Source: a bacterium
Lineage (GTDB): Bacteria; UBA9089; JAHJRX01
DNA: 64,000 nt
Direction of reading: 5' to 3'
Assembly (NCBI GenBank): GCA_018830565.1
Contig: JAHJRX010000045.1
Location: 10,626 to 74,625 of the forward strand
In this document: positions 60,577 through 64,000 of the stretch, piece after piece
Layout: each line of letters starts with the position of its first letter
Position numbering within the stretch: position 1 is the first letter of the stretch
The notes under the pieces: model-generated
The model's input: the letters and a program-made list of their open reading frames with translations, nothing else
Databases searched by the model: none
What the model was told of the DNA's origin: nothing
Program-made: the position numbers and the translations under genes

Positions 60577-61536
60577 ATGCCATTTCAAAAGGATAATATG
60601 GCTGGCGAATTAATATTATTAGTAGATGATGAAGTAGATATGCTTAATCTTTTAAAAAGCTTCTTCATGGAAAATGGTTATTCCTGTATAGAAGCTCAAA
60701 GCGGTATTCAAGCTCTTGAAATTGCTCGAATGATTCATCCTGATTTGATTGTTTTAGATATTATGATGCCTCATATGGATGGCTTTGTTGTATGTCAAAA
60801 GCTAAAGAATGATTATGTGACCAGTCATATTCCTATTGTGCTTCTTACTGTAAAAAGAGAAACTTCTGATCGGGTAAAAGGCTTAGAATTAGGGGCTGAT
60901 GATTATATAGCTAAACCATTTGATCTTTCTGAGCTCTTGGCTCGAGTTAAAGCGGTCTTACGTCGGACTCATTTAGAAAGGGATTGTAACCCTTTAACTC
61001 AATTACCAGGAAATCTGGCTATTGAACATCAAATTAAGAATAGATTAAAGAATGATACTCCTTTTGCCTTTTTATATGCCGACATAGATGATTTTAAGTT
61101 TTTTAATGATTATTATGGATATAGTAGGGGTGATTACGCCATTAAGACTTTTTCTAATGTGATCTTGTCTTCGATAAGAAAGCACGGAAGTTCAGAGGAT
61201 TTTGTAGGTCATATCGGGGGAGATGATTTTATTGTTATTACTAAGTTAGAGGCAGCTATTGACATTTGTAAAGACATTATTGAAAATACTGCCTTTTCTA
61301 TACCTCAATTATTTGATGAAGAAGATCTAAAGAGAGGTTATTTTGAAACCTTGACCCGAAGAGGAAAGAAAAAAGTTGCTGCTAATCTTACCGTGACTAT
61401 TGCAGTAACTACTACTGAATACAGTCAGTTTGAAAATTCCATGGAAATAAGTAGCATCTTAGCAGCGCTAAAACGTTATGGGAAGAACAAAGGTGGCAAT
61501 CTTTATGTAGTAGATCGGCGAAAAAAAGTTAGATAG
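60577..61536 (+). CDS. REC-GGDEF(GGDDF) response regulator, paralog 2
   Basis: Same architecture as paralog 1; shares a 100-nt near-identical patch with paralog 1. Confidence 0.7.
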   Translation: MPFQKDNMAGELILLVDDEVDMLNLLKSFFMENGYSCIEAQSGIQALEIARMIHPDLIVLDIMMPHMDGFVVCQKLKNDYVTSHIPIVLLTVKRETSDRVKGLELGADDYIAKPFDLSELLARVKAVLRRTHLERDCNPLTQLPGNLAIEHQIKNRLKNDTPFAFLYADIDDFKFFNDYYGYSRGDYAIKTFSNVILSSIRKHGSSEDFVGHIGGDDFIVITKLEAAIDICKDIIENTAFSIPQLFDEEDLKRGYFETLTRRGKKKVAANLTVTIAVTTTEYSQFENSMEISSILAALKRYGKNKGGNLYVVDRRKKVR

Positions 61537-61570
61537 GGATAGATAGAGATTAGATAGGAGTGGAAAAGGT

Positions 61571-62506
61571 ATGGATAAAGAGACGATCTTAATTGTGGAT
61601 GATGATCTTGATTTAACTGAAATCCTAAAAACTGTTTTACAGAAAAAAGGTTATAAAACCCTTATTGCGGAAAATGGTTTTTTAGCCTTGGAATTAGCCT
61701 TTAATCATAACCCATCTTTAATCTTGTTAGATGTGATGATGCCTGAGTTAGATGGCTTTGGAGTATGTCAAAAACTAAGAGATAATTTTTATACCAGTCA
61801 TATTCCTATCATTATGTTAACTTGTCGGGAGGAGTTAGAGAGTAAAGTTAAAGGACTTACTTTAGGAGCAGATGATTATGTAACTAAGCCTTTTAATTTT
61901 TCAGAGCTTTTAGCTCGCATTAAAGCTGTCTTAAGACGAACCCATAGGGAACGAGGTTCTAATCCTTTAACAGCTTTACCAGGGGGCAACTTAATTGAAG
62001 AACAAATAAAGAAGAGATTAAGGGAAGGTAAATATTCAGCTTTCTTATATTTAGACTTAAATTACTTCAAGGCTTATAATGATTATTATGGATACAAGAG
62101 AGGTGATCAGGTTATTAAGCATCTGGCTGAAGTTTTGCTTACCGCAATTGAGAAAGATAAAGATAGGGATGATTTTGTTGGTCATATCGGGGGAGATGAT
62201 TTTATTATTATTACTACTCCTCAAAAATCAGAAGTATTAGCTAATCAAATTATTAAGAAGATAGAAGAGACTTCTCACCAGTTTTTTGAGGATCGGGATT
62301 TAAAGGCTAGGTCTATTGAGATTAAGACTCGATCAGGGGAGGTAAATAAGTATCCGGCCAAAATTACTGTTACCATCGGGGGTATTTCTAGTCAAGATCT
62401 GAATATAAAGAGCCATATTCAGGTAAGTGATTCCTTAGCAGAAATTAAGCGATATTTAAAGAAAAAAGAAGGAAGTAATTTTATGGTAGAGAGAAGAAAA
62501 ATTTAA
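61571..62506 (+). CDS. REC-GGDEF(GGDDF) response regulator, paralog 3
   Basis: Same architecture as paralogs 1 and 2; more divergent. Confidence 0.7.
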   Translation: MDKETILIVDDDLDLTEILKTVLQKKGYKTLIAENGFLALELAFNHNPSLILLDVMMPELDGFGVCQKLRDNFYTSHIPIIMLTCREELESKVKGLTLGADDYVTKPFNFSELLARIKAVLRRTHRERGSNPLTALPGGNLIEEQIKKRLREGKYSAFLYLDLNYFKAYNDYYGYKRGDQVIKHLAEVLLTAIEKDKDRDDFVGHIGGDDFIIITTPQKSEVLANQIIKKIEETSHQFFEDRDLKARSIEIKTRSGEVNKYPAKITVTIGGISSQDLNIKSHIQVSDSLAEIKRYLKKKEGSNFMVERRKI

Positions 62507-62541
62507 ATTGTCATGTTTAAGATTAAGGAGAATATAGCTAA

Positions 62542-63252
62542 ATGATTATTGCGCAGCAAAAACCAATTCAAGAAATAGAGGCGATGGTGGCTGGTTACCA
62601 GAAAATTTTAGTGGTTGGTTGTGGTACTTGTGTTACAGTTTGCATGGCTGGTGGAGAAAAGGAAGTAGGCATTATGGCTTCTTGTTTACGAATGTCCTTA
62701 AGATTGGCTGGGAAAACCCCAGAAATTATTGAGGAATGTATTCAACGGCAATGTGAGTGGGAATTTGTAGATGAGTTAAAGGATAAAGTAGCCAGGGTAG
62801 AAGCCATAATTTCTTCTGCTTGTGGAGTAGGAGTACAAGCACTGGTGGAACGATTTAGTAATAAGCCAATTTATCCAGCTCTTAATACCAGCTTCATGGG
62901 ACTTCCCCAAGAGCCTGGTTTTTGGTTAGAAACCTGTCGGGGTTGCGGAAATTGTGGCTTAGGTAAATTTGGCGGTATTTGTCCTATTGCTCGTTGCTCA
63001 AAGACATTACTTAATGGTCCTTGTGGTGGCAGCCAGAATGGTAAATGCGAGATAGATAAAGAGATGAATTGCGGCTGGCAGTTAATCTACCAACGACTAA
63101 AAGCATTAGGGCAGATTAATCAGATAGAGGAGATAGTTTTACCTAAAGATTGGTCCACAGATAGAGATAAAGGACAACGAAGGATAGTCAGAGAAGATGT
63201 CTATTCTAATAGTTATAACGAAAACCAGACATTAAGAAATAATACCAAGTAA
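62542..63252 (+). CDS. metV: MetV-like protein (methylenetetrahydrofolate reductase C-terminal-domain / zinc-ribbon iron-sulfur protein)
   Basis: Cys-rich motifs GCGTCVTVCMAGGE and CRGCGNCGLGKFGGICPIARCSK; immediately precedes metF. Confidence 0.6.
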   Translation: MIIAQQKPIQEIEAMVAGYQKILVVGCGTCVTVCMAGGEKEVGIMASCLRMSLRLAGKTPEIIEECIQRQCEWEFVDELKDKVARVEAIISSACGVGVQALVERFSNKPIYPALNTSFMGLPQEPGFWLETCRGCGNCGLGKFGGICPIARCSKTLLNGPCGGSQNGKCEIDKEMNCGWQLIYQRLKALGQINQIEEIVLPKDWSTDRDKGQRRIVREDVYSNSYNENQTLRNNTK

Positions 63253-63256
63253 TAAA

Positions 63257-63338
63257 AAATAAACTTCAAGGGCTACCTTGTTTGGAGTTAAAAATTAATT
63301 TGCTCTAGATCAAATTTTTTCATTAATAGGTGCTCTAT
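63257..63338 (+). repeat. intergenic repeat element, copy D, abutting the metF start codon
   Basis: Matches the 3' two-thirds of copies A to C; hairpin stem intact, loop base changed. Confidence 0.75.
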
Positions 63339-64000
63339 ATGAACAGACCGTTTAAGGAAGTTCTAAAATCAGGTGAGTTTGTAGTTACTTCAGAGATTGG
63401 GCCTCCCAAAGGAACTAATATTGAGAAGATGATGCATCACATAGAGATGCTAAAGGATAAAGTCCATGGAATGAATGTGACCGATAATCAATCGTCAGTG
63501 ATGAGGCTTTCTTCTTTGGCCACCTGCCATCTCATTAAAGACCACGGCGGTGAGCCCATTTTGCAAATGACTTGTCGTGATCGTAATCGGATGGCTTTAC
63601 AATCTGATTTGATTAGTTCTCATGTTTTAGGTGTTCATAATGTTCTTTGTCTGACTGGCGACCATATCAGTTTGGGTGATCATAAAGGAGCTAAACAAGT
63701 CTTTGATTTAGATTCAGTTCAATTGATTACTACAGTAAGGACATTGGAGCAAGGTAGAGATATTGGTGGAAACGCCCTTGATGGAACAGTAGAGTTTTGT
63801 CTGGGGGCTACGGTTACACCTGAAGCTGATCAGATGGAATCACAATTATTAAAGTTTCGCAAAAAAGTTAAAGCTGGGGCAGAGTTTTTCCAGACTCAAG
63901 CAGTTTATGATCTGAATAAACTAAGGATGTTCACGGAGTATGCCCATCAATTTAAGGTAAAGATCTTAGCCGGAATTTTAGTTCTTACCTCGGCAGGTAT
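63339..64000 (+). CDS. metF: methylenetetrahydrofolate reductase, N-terminal part (3' end outside the window)
   Basis: ATG at 63339 with an open frame to the window edge; TIM-barrel MTHFR pattern (EIGPPKG, LQMTCRDRN, CLTGDH); not in the ORF track because no stop lies inside the window. Confidence 0.7.
   Translation, partial: MNRPFKEVLKSGEFVVTSEIGPPKGTNIEKMMHHIEMLKDKVHGMNVTDNQSSVMRLSSLATCHLIKDHGGEPILQMTCRDRNRMALQSDLISSHVLGVHNVLCLTGDHISLGDHKGAKQVFDLDSVQLITTVRTLEQGRDIGGNALDGTVEFCLGATVTPEADQMESQLLKFRKKVKAGAEFFQTQAVYDLNKLRMFTEYAHQFKVKILAGILVLTSAG

Noticed and set aside
1-64000. Mobile elements (transposase, integrase, phage genes) and rRNA genes
   Set aside because: None recognised in any frame. 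The pse/maf island therefore lacks identifiable mobility genes within the window.

Overview
This is a low-GC (about 30-35% G+C) bacterial chromosomal segment from an unidentified lineage. The only taxonomic hints are a T9SS-type C-terminal sorting domain on a giant secreted protein and an acetogen-type MetV/MetF pair. The backbone is conserved housekeeping synteny: a radical-SAM/ApbE/TPR/DUF1015 group at the left edge, tRNA-Gln and tRNA-Glu, sppA, rluD-lgt-lspA-dksA-ileS, yggU-yggT-proC-yggS, thiC, rimP-nusA-infB-rbfA-truB-ribF-rpsO-pnp, an M16 peptidase, RNase J, uppP-ftsK-pgsA-pgpA-thpR-recA, three tandem REC-GGDEF-like paralogs and metV-metF. Embedded at 29.8-38.8 kb is a probably horizontally acquired nonulosonic-acid (pseudaminic-acid type) glycosylation island: pseB, pseF, pseG, pseI, a short pseH-like GNAT and an Fmt-like formyltransferase, followed by two Maf (DUF115) paralogs and two unknown genes. 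A third Maf/CgeB-like glycosyltransferase sits at 6.1-7.9 kb. Most unusual are (i) a ~60-100 bp hairpin-containing intergenic repeat family present in at least five copies (6011, 8026, 32704, 60486 reverse, 63257), two of which bracket the distal glycosyltransferase gene and one of which sits inside the pse cluster; (ii) three separate cases where a stop/start gene junction is tandemly triplicated (rbfA/truB, the rpsO 3' end, pgsA/pgpA); and (iii) nucleotide-identical patches shared between the tandem REC-GGDDF paralogs. No CRISPR array, transposase, integrase or rRNA gene was seen.
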